Virus record (IMG/VR): IMGVR_UViG_3300030329_001671
Location: 1-64,000 of that record
Strand: one strand, 5' to 3'
Length of the DNA stretch: 64,000 bases
DNA from: a virus
Shown: positions 47,445 to 57,016 of the stretch, piece by piece
Layout of the letters: each line of letters begins with the position of its first letter
Numbering within the stretch: position 1 is the stretch's first letter
Position numbers and translations under genes: made by a program
The notes under the pieces: generated by a model
The model's input: the letters and a program-made list of their open reading frames with translations, nothing else
Database searches by the model: none
Told to the model about the DNA's origin: nothing

Positions 47445-48701
47445 GTGCTTATTATAGAACAAGAAAAGCGGGACTGGTTACTAGAACAAGTTAATTCTAC
47501 ACCACATCCCAATTGGACAGAAATAGCCCGTCAGTACGAAGAAGTATTTGGCGAAAGGCGACACCGATCCACCATACGTAGGTGGGTTTTGACTTTGATG
47601 CGGGACGAGCATATCCTTGAACATTATGGGGAAGACGGGTTGCTCAGAGATGAGGTTGGTACCCGCAGAGCTAAACTAGAAAGCGCACATTTTAAGAAGC
47701 GTGTTAGCGACCTAGTAAATAAACAACTTTCCCACGAAAATATTGTAGATGTTATAAAAATGTCTGCTCAGGCGTTACCACCTAATAAGATACGTCTGAG
47801 AGAAACGCAGAAAACTACTTCGGAAAGCCCCATCGTAGCAGTAGCTCCACTTACGGATTTACATATTGGGGAATTCGTAGACACCCAGCAAATGGGAGGT
47901 CTTAATGCTTACGATTTTGAAATTTTTACTAATAGACTCTTTGGTTGGACTAATCAAATTAGTGATCTTTGCTCTTTACGGCGTTCCTTTGTTTCGGTAC
48001 CAATCCTTAAAGTGCCAATGCTCGGAGACATGGTGTCAGGAGAAATCCACGAAGAATTAGTTCGTACTAATTTAGATAATGTCATCATGACCATGGCTCG
48101 TGGTGCTTACATGGTATCCCAATCTCTCATGACGCTTGCTAGCCAATTTGAAGAGGTTCATGTGGATTCTGTGGTGGGTAATCACCAACGTCTAAGGAAA
48201 GAAATTTACTACAAAGATAAATATGTGGGGTGGGATTATTTATTCTACCAATGGGTGGCTGCTTTCTGTAAGGATCAGCCCAACATTAAATTTACTATTC
48301 CGAAAACTTTTTATCAGTTGATAGACGTAGCCGGATTTAATGTTCTCATACATCACGGGGATGCTATGAGAGGGTCATCCATGCAACAAAAAGTACACTC
48401 TCTACGACAGGCTTTACAACCACAAGGGAAAGCTTTCCAATACATGTTTATGGGACACTACCACCATGTAGAGGAACATGATATAGGTACAGGTACAGCA
48501 TTGATGTGTGGATGTATGAAGGGAACTGACGAGTATGCTATGCTGCAGGGATTAGCTTCTAGAGCAACACATGTTCTAACGTTCTTCCATCCCAAGTATG
48601 GATTGATTAGTAGGGATACTATTTACTTAGAAAACTTTGATGACGAGAGGCATGGTTTTAATGATTATGTCCCAGAGATTTGGGCGGAGCTTATTGAATA
48701 G
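47445..48701 (+). CDS. Calcineurin-like metallophosphoesterase with N-terminal HTH
   Basis: DLHIG, GD, GNH, HGD, GHYH. Confidence 0.8.
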   Translation: MLIIEQEKRDWLLEQVNSTPHPNWTEIARQYEEVFGERRHRSTIRRWVLTLMRDEHILEHYGEDGLLRDEVGTRRAKLESAHFKKRVSDLVNKQLSHENIVDVIKMSAQALPPNKIRLRETQKTTSESPIVAVAPLTDLHIGEFVDTQQMGGLNAYDFEIFTNRLFGWTNQISDLCSLRRSFVSVPILKVPMLGDMVSGEIHEELVRTNLDNVIMTMARGAYMVSQSLMTLASQFEEVHVDSVVGNHQRLRKEIYYKDKYVGWDYLFYQWVAAFCKDQPNIKFTIPKTFYQLIDVAGFNVLIHHGDAMRGSSMQQKVHSLRQALQPQGKAFQYMFMGHYHHVEEHDIGTGTALMCGCMKGTDEYAMLQGLASRATHVLTFFHPKYGLISRDTIYLENFDDERHGFNDYVPEIWAELIE

Positions 48702-48737
48702 AACCTAGTATAATATCATTAGGGAGGATTTTTCCTA

Positions 48738-49328
48738 ATGCCAGTTGACCGAGCTACTCATAGACGAATTAAAGATAAGATATTAAAAGCTATCACTAAA
48801 GGCGTTCAGGTCAACGGTAAGCATGTGTTCCAAAGATCACAACAATATGTTCCTGTACAAACAGGACAACTAAAAAAGAGTGGAGGTTTTTCAGCTAAAA
48901 AAGATGGTTGGATTTTAAACTATAGAGCCCCTTATGCTGCTGATGTACACAGTAGACCTTATAGTTCTAATGAAGAGGAGCAACCTCAAACTGTGGGGGC
49001 GCATATAAGGCGAGCCTTTAGGCGTAAGGATGGAACTCAGGTAAAAGCTACTAAAGTAAAAGGATACTACCTAACTAAATCGGGAAAACGTTTACGTCGT
49101 GATCCTAGACAAGGAGGAAAGTATCTTACTAGGGCAGTAGACACGGAGATGCCAGATTTGACTACTAATGTATTCAACGCATTACAGAGACAATTTGGCA
49201 GAGTAAAGTTATCATCTTCAACGGCTGGAAAACCAGCATCTTCTGGTGGAAATCCTACATCAAAGTCTGGTGGAAAACCTCAGACACAGGGATCGAAACA
49301 TAAGAATAAGTTTGGAGGAAAGAGATAG
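48738..49328 (+). CDS. HK97 gp10-like neck/tail protein
   Basis: SQQYVPVQTGQLKKS...APYA..VH...KYLTRA. Confidence 0.65.
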   Translation: MPVDRATHRRIKDKILKAITKGVQVNGKHVFQRSQQYVPVQTGQLKKSGGFSAKKDGWILNYRAPYAADVHSRPYSSNEEEQPQTVGAHIRRAFRRKDGTQVKATKVKGYYLTKSGKRLRRDPRQGGKYLTRAVDTEMPDLTTNVFNALQRQFGRVKLSSSTAGKPASSGGNPTSKSGGKPQTQGSKHKNKFGGKR

Positions 49329-49567
49329 TGCCGAGCAAACAGGAAATTCAAAAAATTATAGATAATATTACACCTTTTCAAGAATACATCATGCGGGGGG
49401 CATCTCGGATGGTAGGACAGACTCTAGACCAACTAGAGTCTTCTATGCCAGAAGGGAAACAACTAGAAAAACTGAAGCAGTTGATAGAGGATATTTTGTA
49501 CGAATACAGAGATAGTCTATTAAGGGCAACAGTTGAGTTAGATATACAGCAGAAGACAAAAAAGTAA
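49328..49567 (+). CDS. Hypothetical protein (similar to 56126..56344)
   Basis: RMVG..L..LE.S.P shared motif. Confidence 0.55.
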   Translation: MPSKQEIQKIIDNITPFQEYIMRGASRMVGQTLDQLESSMPEGKQLEKLKQLIEDILYEYRDSLLRATVELDIQQKTKK

Positions 49568-49580
49568 TTAGGGGAAGTTC

Positions 49581-50204
49581 ATGTATCAGTCTGTAAGAAG
49601 GATAGACGGAGAAGTAGTTAAGCAAGATGAAATGCAAACCCTGTATGAAGGGTTGGCTACCAAACATCGAAATTTGTTTTTGTATGGAACTATAGTAGGA
49701 CCAATCGACAGGATAGATAATTGGAATTCTGGATTTACAGCAGACTCAATTATTTCTCTAAGTTTAGAGGATTCTAAGGCACCTATTATTTTACATATAG
49801 ATTCACCGGGGGGTTCGGTTAGGGACGGATTGAGGTTGATAGATATAATGAAGACAGTAGATGCTCCAGTTTGGACTGTGGGTTCTAATTGTTATAGTAT
49901 GGGGGCTATGATACTAGCGGCAGGTGAAGCGGGTCACAGGTACGTATACCCACATGCTCACACTATGTTGCATTTACCTTCGGGTACAACTAGAGGAGAT
50001 GCAAAGCAAGTAGAAATCCAAAGTAAAGAAATGCAAAAAGTCAAGAAAACTTTGGTCGGATTAATAAAGGAATGGGGAGTGTCTAAGGAAGAACGCACTA
50101 TAATGAAAGATATAGACAGAGAATTTTACTTAGATGCGTCGGAAACAATCGAGTATGGTTTAGCAGATAAATTCATTACTCAGAATACTTTTATTGGGAA
50201 GTAA
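49581..50204 (+). CDS. clpP: ClpP-family protease
   Basis: IDSPGGSV, SMGA.ILAAG, MLHLP, EYGLADK. Confidence 0.88.
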   Translation: MYQSVRRIDGEVVKQDEMQTLYEGLATKHRNLFLYGTIVGPIDRIDNWNSGFTADSIISLSLEDSKAPIILHIDSPGGSVRDGLRLIDIMKTVDAPVWTVGSNCYSMGAMILAAGEAGHRYVYPHAHTMLHLPSGTTRGDAKQVEIQSKEMQKVKKTLVGLIKEWGVSKEERTIMKDIDREFYLDASETIEYGLADKFITQNTFIGK

Positions 50205-50216
50205 CCCAGAGGTTTA

Positions 50217-51848
50217 ATGAACGAATTCACCTTACTAAGGGTGTGTAAAGACATCAAGGGTCATAGAGTTACTAATGATGAAATTAAGCATCTAGTAAAG
50301 GATGTTTCTACTAGAACTTTATCTTTCCCTAAGTCTAACGATTTTAAATCTTCTACAGCCTTTTTGGTAGATACTGCTTCGCAGTTCTCGCTAGATAAGT
50401 CTTTTTTCACTAGAGCATACCCTAAAGGTGATTATTCGTATTTTTCTAAGGCTATGCAAAATTTCATTGAAGACGATGAAATTTTAGAAAAAGAGGATGT
50501 GGTAACCCAAAAATCTGAGTACTTAGACTTTTCCGATACAGAAACCGGAGAACTTCTGAACTTATCTAAAGCTGCTCCCTCAGGCGGAATGACTACTAAA
50601 GGTAGTATTAAAGACGCTATTGATGAGTATGAACGTTTATATAAAGCAGGGTTCTCAACCGCCGCAGAAATTTTAACGCTATCTCGTTATTACCCTAACA
50701 ATAAAGCATATGCCCAACTTGCGGGTGATATTTTAGAGAAAAATGAACCTCTAGTGGTGGGTGGTCCCGCTTCAGTTGAAATGGTAGACCGAGAGGGACA
50801 CCTTATTACCATGGATGCTATGGATAGAGCATTTAGAAAGTTTATGGGTAATATCAGAACCCGTAACGCCATGGTTCTACACTCGGACGTACAAGTTGGG
50901 TGGGCGTTACCAGCGTACATAAATAAGTCGGGTCAAATATTTAAAAGTGGTGTGTATGAGAACCACCTGTTTTTCATTACAGAAATGCGTAACGACACCA
51001 AAATTGCCGACAGAGTAAAAGAGCAGGTGAAAGAGGGGCGTATACGAAGTTACTCCATCGCAGGCTCCGCCCTTGAAACCGACTCAGAGTTGGTTCAGGA
51101 AAAAGGTAAGGACAGAATTATAACTAAGGTAACTGAGTTAGAGTTAGCCGAAGTTACGGTCTGTGAAAAAGGGGTAAACCAAGGAGCTCATTTTAACTTA
51201 CTAAAAGCCCATGGTTCAGAAAATTCGGGAACTTGTATAGATGGCAGTTGCCTAATAAAGCTAGAAAAGGAACAAGCTGGACCGGGTTCAGGTGTTCCCC
51301 ATGGGGCGGATACTGGTGGAAACTATAACAAGTTTTATGGCGGATTCGACCCCGACAAAGATTTACCAAACGGATGTTACCGGTACGCAGGTAAAACGGT
51401 AGAAGAATATTCTCTATCTATGGATAATAATACTCAAGGGAGCATGTCCCCCGGATTAGAGTCGTACTCTGAGTATAATGAAGATAAGGTAGAAGAAATT
51501 ACTGAATATGATGAAAAGTTAGAAAAACGCCGACAGGAGGTTTTTAAAATGGTTACGGGAAAGCGTTCCTCTTTGGAACAACTGAAAAGTTTCATAAAAG
51601 CTGAGGTTGGTCCAGAAGGGACTTTGACCGAAATTTTTGACACTCCAGAGGAAATTTTAGAGCGAACTGAAGAAATTCGAGAAAAACATGGCTGGCCGAA
51701 AGAAAAGGAAGCCCTAAACGAATTACACGATATGAAAAACAATCCTGAATCTAGAGGAACCACTCAACGTGGTACTGCTGTCACTACGGCAGGACAGGAT
51801 TACCAAACTTTAGATATCACTAAATCTGAAGACTGCGGGTGTAGTTAA
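50217..51848 (+). CDS. Prohead (maturation) protease, HK97/XkdF-like
   Basis: GPASVEMVDREG, MVLHSD..VG, SYSIAG, AEVTVC..GVN..A. Confidence 0.75.
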   Translation: MNEFTLLRVCKDIKGHRVTNDEIKHLVKDVSTRTLSFPKSNDFKSSTAFLVDTASQFSLDKSFFTRAYPKGDYSYFSKAMQNFIEDDEILEKEDVVTQKSEYLDFSDTETGELLNLSKAAPSGGMTTKGSIKDAIDEYERLYKAGFSTAAEILTLSRYYPNNKAYAQLAGDILEKNEPLVVGGPASVEMVDREGHLITMDAMDRAFRKFMGNIRTRNAMVLHSDVQVGWALPAYINKSGQIFKSGVYENHLFFITEMRNDTKIADRVKEQVKEGRIRSYSIAGSALETDSELVQEKGKDRIITKVTELELAEVTVCEKGVNQGAHFNLLKAHGSENSGTCIDGSCLIKLEKEQAGPGSGVPHGADTGGNYNKFYGGFDPDKDLPNGCYRYAGKTVEEYSLSMDNNTQGSMSPGLESYSEYNEDKVEEITEYDEKLEKRRQEVFKMVTGKRSSLEQLKSFIKAEVGPEGTLTEIFDTPEEILERTEEIREKHGWPKEKEALNELHDMKNNPESRGTTQRGTAVTTAGQDYQTLDITKSEDCGCS

Positions 51849-52576
51849 TGTCTAAGTATTTACTGTCCAAACTATTTCCTAATTTCGTAAAAAAGACTCA
51901 AACTCAACATTTGGCTAAAGGTCCCTTTGGTGAAGGTTTGGACGCTGCGGAATTGGATAAAGCTAGAGTTTACCTTAAGCCCGGTGAACAAGCTCCTGAG
52001 GGAGCGCAGGTACAAACGGGTCCTAAGGGTGGACAATACTACGACGACATGGGTGGTGGAGCCGTCCCTACAGATGAAGCTCAACCATACCCGGCTGAAG
52101 CGTATGACCAAGCTATGGATGCTGAAGTAGATGCTTTAAGTGGAATTCCACAAGAAACGCTTTCGCCTCCCGACGTATCCGAAGCTACATTTGATGGACA
52201 AGGTAATATACAGTTGCCGGGTAGTGACCCCTATCCTATTAGCGAACTTATTGGTTCAGACACGGAAGCTGTAAATGCCCTTGGGGAACGATATCAACAA
52301 GAAGGTGGAGCTAATCCGGCCGAATTACTTTCTGGTTATGACGGACCTCTGACTCAGGATGGTATACACGAGTACCTAAGCGATATAGTTCAATATGATG
52401 ACGCCTTCGTATCTGACAATGATTATCATAATGCTATAGATTTTGCTAGCTGGGTTGGTGAACAATCAGGATTATCCGAAACTCAAAAAATGGTTAAGAT
52501 GATGCAGAAACACAATATAGATAACAAAAGGCGTGATCCAATAGTATTGTCCAACAAGGGCGGTACACATAGGTAA
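51848..52576 (+). CDS. Acidic head-module protein carrying the RVYLKPG repeat module
   Basis: LDKARVYLKPGEQAPEGAQVQTGPKGGQYYD. Confidence 0.6.
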   Translation: MSKYLLSKLFPNFVKKTQTQHLAKGPFGEGLDAAELDKARVYLKPGEQAPEGAQVQTGPKGGQYYDDMGGGAVPTDEAQPYPAEAYDQAMDAEVDALSGIPQETLSPPDVSEATFDGQGNIQLPGSDPYPISELIGSDTEAVNALGERYQQEGGANPAELLSGYDGPLTQDGIHEYLSDIVQYDDAFVSDNDYHNAIDFASWVGEQSGLSETQKMVKMMQKHNIDNKRRDPIVLSNKGGTHR

Positions 52577-52588
52577 TAGGAGGTAACT

Positions 52589-53059
52589 ATGCTCTCATCT
52601 CTTTTTATGGGTACACTTCTGTTACAGAAGGAGAAACCCCATAAGTATATCAGTCGAACTATGGGACCTAATGGTAAGTGGCAATATGACTATGGTAACG
52701 ATGTAGTCTCACATGGCGCAGACGAGAATGCCTCTAGTAGAGATCAAGCTTGGCATCACCAAGATCAAGCAAAGATGCACCAAGAGAAGGTAGATTCTCA
52801 CCAAAGGCATCTCGATAGATGGGAGCCAGAAGGTCAAGCACCTGACTACTTGACCCCAATTGAGGAGTCTCAGGCTAAACGAGATGCTCATCAGGCAGCA
52901 GTAGATCACCACACAGCGGAAGCACAGCCTCATGAAGAGGCGTGGCAGCAAGAGCGACAAGCTAATATTGACGCTCTCGCAGCTAGGAGGGCTGCCCGAA
53001 GTCAAATGACTCCACATGAGAGAAATATGGAACAGGGTCGCATCTACGGATGGGACTAA
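52589..53059 (+). CDS. His/Gln-rich head-module protein
   Basis: LQKEKPHKYISRTMGPNGKWQYDY followed by an H-rich helix; GGAGG RBS. Confidence 0.55.
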   Translation: MLSSLFMGTLLLQKEKPHKYISRTMGPNGKWQYDYGNDVVSHGADENASSRDQAWHHQDQAKMHQEKVDSHQRHLDRWEPEGQAPDYLTPIEESQAKRDAHQAAVDHHTAEAQPHEEAWQQERQANIDALAARRAARSQMTPHERNMEQGRIYGWD

Positions 53060-53071
53060 GAGGAGACAACT

Positions 53072-53290
53072 ATGCTCGCATTTTTAAGTAAACTACTTCC
53101 AAAGGAATATAAAGGGTTATTGGCTTTGGGTCAACAAATCTTTGCTAACTTGGACACCAAGGAGGAACGGGCTGACGCTCTAGCTTACATTAAGGAAGCT
53201 TTGTCTGACGGTCAAGTAACCGTTCCAGAGTGGGGTCGGATTGGCGGTAAGTTAGGCATTCTAAAAACCCGTAAAAAGAAGAATGGCTAA
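53072..53290 (+). CDS. Small hypothetical protein
   Basis: GAGGAG RBS. Confidence 0.55.
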   Translation: MLAFLSKLLPKEYKGLLALGQQIFANLDTKEERADALAYIKEALSDGQVTVPEWGRIGGKLGILKTRKKKNG

Positions 53291-53471
53291 AATTAAAGAG
53301 TATTTCCCTATTCCCTTAATTTTATTCGGTGGGATAACTGCCGATATAGCTAATTCTATAGACACGGAAATAATAACGCTACAGGTAGTTGCGTGGTCTT
53401 CCGTAATTGTAGGTTCTATAGGTTTAGCCCGAATAGTGTGGAATAAAGTCCGGTGGTTCAGTAATTCGTAG
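53283..53471 (+). CDS. Small membrane protein
   Basis: Two hydrophobic segments. Confidence 0.5.
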   Translation: MAKIKEYFPIPLILFGGITADIANSIDTEIITLQVVAWSSVIVGSIGLARIVWNKVRWFSNS

Positions 53472-53700
53472 GAGGAAGTGGCGTGGCTAATCTAGAGGCG
53501 TGGGAGAATCGGGATCGGAAGATTACCAAACGTAGACGTTTAAAGAGTATGAATAAATTAGACCCCCCTACTCCCAACCCTAAAAAGAGTAAAAAACCTA
53601 GAATTTCGGAAACTAAACTTCTCGCAGACTTAGATTTGGATGAAATATTTAAAATCTAAGTTCATTTCCTTCTAATGTATGTATAATAACAATAGACAAG

Positions 53701-53735
53701 AGAAAGCAGTTGCTTTGGCATCTGCTTTTTTATTT
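53701..53735 (+). terminator. Intrinsic terminator-like hairpin
   Basis: AAAGCAG-T-TGC-TTTG-GCA-T-CTGCTTT followed by T-run. Confidence 0.6.
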
Positions 53736-53832
53736 GTTATTTCGCACAATTACGAGGGCATGCGGCGAGACCACCCTCCAAAGCGATAGAAAGGTTATGG
53801 AAAAAGTTTTTATTCTCTTTGGAGGAATAATA

Positions 53833-54660
53833 ATGACGGATCAAAACGATTTGCTAAAGGGTAACACCCTTGCGCTTGAGGCTATTGCCGAGCAGCTTCA
53901 GAAGTCTAACGACTTGTCAGCTAAACTCGCAGCCCGATTCGCAAAAGAAGACGAAGAAGCAGAAGAGAAAGAGCATGCAGAGGCCGAAGAGCTTGCTAAG
54001 GCTGCATTTACTAAAGAAATTGTAAAGGCAGTTGGTAACGCTTTTGGTCTTGCTAAAGGTGACGAGGCTCCTTCAGGAGAATCTCCTCAAGGTATGCCAG
54101 TTGACGACTACAACCCAAAGCCAGTTTCTAGCCCTGCCACTCCGCCAGCTGCGGACACAGAGGAAGACGCTGACCCTGACACTGACACTGAGACTGTTCA
54201 GCAGCCTATTGCTGCTGCTGCAGAAATTAAGTTGGCAGATGAGGGCGCAGACGAGTATCCTCAGGTAGAGGATCCCGGCGTTGTAGAAGATGAAGAAGTT
54301 AACATGGCGTACATGAAGTCTCAATTGACTTCAATGGCTAAGGCTATCGCTGACCTTGCTAAGTCTCAGGCTTCTACCGACTCTGCGGTTGCTTCGGCAG
54401 TCGAGAACCAGATGCGGAAGATTGGCTGGAAAGAGGCTGAGGTTGGTGGACGACCACAGAGCCGGATTCTTCCAGATGTAGGCGACCCACTTCAGAAAGC
54501 AGCAGAAATTGGTGAACAGGTTGCCGACGGTAACTTCGACCCTGAAGCTGTTGTAGACCAACTTACCAAAATGAGTTACGCTGACATGGCAGAAATGCAG
54601 GTTAGCATGGCTGGACAGGGCGACTCTCTAACGGGTATCCTTTCTCAGCCCTCAAAGTAA
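53833..54660 (+). CDS. Capsid scaffolding protein
   Basis: Acidic Ala/Glu-rich coiled coil directly before the MCP; GGAGG RBS and ATG at 53833. Confidence 0.7.
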   Translation: MTDQNDLLKGNTLALEAIAEQLQKSNDLSAKLAARFAKEDEEAEEKEHAEAEELAKAAFTKEIVKAVGNAFGLAKGDEAPSGESPQGMPVDDYNPKPVSSPATPPAADTEEDADPDTDTETVQQPIAAAAEIKLADEGADEYPQVEDPGVVEDEEVNMAYMKSQLTSMAKAIADLAKSQASTDSAVASAVENQMRKIGWKEAEVGGRPQSRILPDVGDPLQKAAEIGEQVADGNFDPEAVVDQLTKMSYADMAEMQVSMAGQGDSLTGILSQPSK

Positions 54661-54680
54661 TTACGGAGATAAGATAGATA

Positions 54681-56045
54681 ATGGCTACTAATCCATCACT
54701 ATTTCAGTACTTCAGTCAGGCGCAACGTGGCCGTGGCTTGCTTGAGAACGTCTTCGGACCGGATTTCATGCAGAAGCAGTCTTACTTTACGGTTGACTCC
54801 GCTACTGGAATTTTCAATGCTACATACGGACGCAAAGTGTGGCATGCTCTAAACAACCAGACTCGATTCTGGAATGCCCTTCCCCGTGTGGTTTGGGGCA
54901 ATAGCGTTGGTTGGCGTGTACGAACCGACCGTGGTTCTGGGCGATCTCGTCCGATCACGGAAACGGGAACTCTCCCGACCGTTGACATCTCGAATATCGA
55001 GAATGTCCAGTCTCTACCGAGAATCGTGGGTACAACCTTCGGTGCAGCTGTGAAGGCAATCTTCACCGCCAACCTTGAGGGTGGTGCTGGCGACATTCTT
55101 GCGATGGAGCATGAGAACGCAGAAATTGACCACGTAAAGGAAATCAACGAAGAACTCCTTGCTGGTTCTGCTTACTTGACTAGCGCAGGTGCAACTACCA
55201 CTTTCACGGTTCCAGCTTCCGTAGCTAAGAACTTTAAAGTTGGTGACGCAGTTTCGCAGTACGACAACTCAGCAACCGACTGGGATCGCACAAGTGGTTC
55301 CGCAGTTTCCGCTGTCAACACCTCAACTGGTGTTGTAACGGTTGCTACTGGCACAACTTTCGCAGACAGCGACGTTGCTGCGATTTACAGTCGTGCAGGT
55401 ATGACCTCAATTGATGATATCGTCTGGGAAGACGGTGCAGCAGTTGGTGGTGCATCCCACGCTAACTACACCGCTAACGGTGGTGTACGAGCATACAACC
55501 TAACGTATGCTGACCGTACCGCTGGTACGTGGAATGCTGGTGCTTCGGTCCAGTATAACTCTGGTACAGGCCGTGACCTGTCGTTGAACCTTTTGGACAA
55601 CGCAATCATGAACATTCGTAAGAATGGTGGTGAGCCTAACCTCATCCTCATGGGTCATGACCAGTACTTCAAACTTGAGCGACTCTTGAACTCTCAACAG
55701 AGGTACTTGGGTCAGGAAGAGTTTGAAGTTGGTGTCGGTGACGAGCGAACATTCCCCGGTACTCGAACAGGACTTGTCCTCTCGACCTACCTTGGTATTC
55801 CGATTCTTACTGACAACGACGTTCCTGTTTCAGTTTCATCTGCTGATGCAGTTCTTGGTCAGAACGTTTACGTTCTTGACACGGACTCCATCGAGATTGC
55901 TGTAGCACAGCCTACTCAGTATGTTGAAAACCGTGACTACTTCGCAGCTAACGCTCTTGTAGTTCGTGGTCTTCTCTACACGATGGCTGAACTTCGAGCT
56001 CGCAACATTTGGCACACCGCCAAGATTGCTGACTTGAACACATAG
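54681..56045 (+). CDS. Major capsid protein (HK97 fold)
   Basis: Follows protease and scaffold; LDNAI..IRKNGG.P.LILM, YLGIPI..D; strongly biased codons; strong terminator downstream. Confidence 0.85.
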   Translation: MATNPSLFQYFSQAQRGRGLLENVFGPDFMQKQSYFTVDSATGIFNATYGRKVWHALNNQTRFWNALPRVVWGNSVGWRVRTDRGSGRSRPITETGTLPTVDISNIENVQSLPRIVGTTFGAAVKAIFTANLEGGAGDILAMEHENAEIDHVKEINEELLAGSAYLTSAGATTTFTVPASVAKNFKVGDAVSQYDNSATDWDRTSGSAVSAVNTSTGVVTVATGTTFADSDVAAIYSRAGMTSIDDIVWEDGAAVGGASHANYTANGGVRAYNLTYADRTAGTWNAGASVQYNSGTGRDLSLNLLDNAIMNIRKNGGEPNLILMGHDQYFKLERLLNSQQRYLGQEEFEVGVGDERTFPGTRTGLVLSTYLGIPILTDNDVPVSVSSADAVLGQNVYVLDTDSIEIAVAQPTQYVENRDYFAANALVVRGLLYTMAELRARNIWHTAKIADLNT

Positions 56046-56061
56046 TCTAAAAGACTTGTTT

Positions 56062-56098
56062 AGGCGACCCCTTCAAATGGAGGGGTCGCCTTTCTATT
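56062..56098 (+). terminator. Rho-independent terminator
   Basis: AGGCGACCCCTTC-AAAT-GGAGGGGTCGCCT-TTCTATT. Confidence 0.85.
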
Positions 56099-56125
56099 GA
56101 ATGTAATGTAATGTAATGGTGAATA

Positions 56126-56344
56126 ATGAGAAGTGTGTATGCTGATGGCGTGTTGAAAAGTTTGAATATTCAAACTAATAGAATGGTTGGGGAAGTGATG
56201 AATCTTCTTGAAGCTTCATTACCTGACTCTGGTGCAACGACAGCTTTAAAGAAATCTATAAAGCAAGCCATGTGGCGCACGAATCGAAATATTCAAGATG
56301 ATGTGAACGGTCTGTCTTTCACAAATGAGGACAATATAGAATGA
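56126..56344 (+). CDS. Hypothetical protein (similar to 49328..49567)
   Basis: RMVGEVMNLLEASLP. Confidence 0.55.
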   Translation: MRSVYADGVLKSLNIQTNRMVGEVMNLLEASLPDSGATTALKKSIKQAMWRTNRNIQDDVNGLSFTNEDNIE

Positions 56345-56979
56345 CTAAACATACGTTTAAACAATCGGATGTAACAGGGGATACCCGTGGACTAGCACGA
56401 TCAGCCCTAGGTTACGACTGGAACTACTTGGCTGACGCTGAGACTCTTCTTTTCGGTAGCACCGATGAGACTGCATTCCGAATGCAGAATATGTCTCCCG
56501 GTACTGGTATTTCTACTGCTACAGGTGGTGTTTATAAGGCTAACGTTACATATGCAGGAGATTTAATCAAGACTGAGATTCTTATAGATTTGACTGGATT
56601 ATCTTCCGCTGCTGCCGCTGACATTATTGGTGTCAATGACGCTGCTAACTGTCACATAGGGCAAATTACTGCTGCTCTAAATGGTACAATTGTTGCGGGT
56701 CACATTGAATGTTTTGAGACTCCTACAACTGGTGAGCCTGACATTGATGTATACTCAGCTACAGAAGCTACTGGTACAGAAAATGCTGCAATCGGTGATC
56801 TAACTGAGACAGCTTTGTTGAACACTGGAGCGGATTGGACGCTGACTAAGCAAAAGATGGCTCTTACAGCGGTTCCTGCTGCTGACCAATACTTGTATCT
56901 GGTTGCATCTGGTGGTGGTGATGCTGGTGTTTATGACGCTGGTATTTTCCTACTCACGTTGTACGGTTACGCATCCTAA
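56341..56979 (+). CDS. Putative capsid decoration/virion protein
   Basis: Ala/Gly/Thr-rich beta protein after the MCP with MCP-like codon bias. Confidence 0.5.
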   Translation: MTKHTFKQSDVTGDTRGLARSALGYDWNYLADAETLLFGSTDETAFRMQNMSPGTGISTATGGVYKANVTYAGDLIKTEILIDLTGLSSAAAADIIGVNDAANCHIGQITAALNGTIVAGHIECFETPTTGEPDIDVYSATEATGTENAAIGDLTETALLNTGADWTLTKQKMALTAVPAADQYLYLVASGGGDAGVYDAGIFLLTLYGYAS

Positions 56980-56987
56980 TAAAAACG

Positions 56988-57016
56988 GTAGCCACCTCCT
57001 TGTTGGAGGTGGCTAC
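56988..57016 (+). terminator. Hairpin terminator
   Basis: GTAGCCACCTCC-TTGTT-GGAGGTGGCTAC, perfect 12-bp stem. Confidence 0.7.

Noticed and set aside
53710-53832. N-terminal extension of the scaffold ORF in the ORF track
   Set aside because: It overlaps a terminator-like hairpin; the GGAGG RBS points to ATG 53833.
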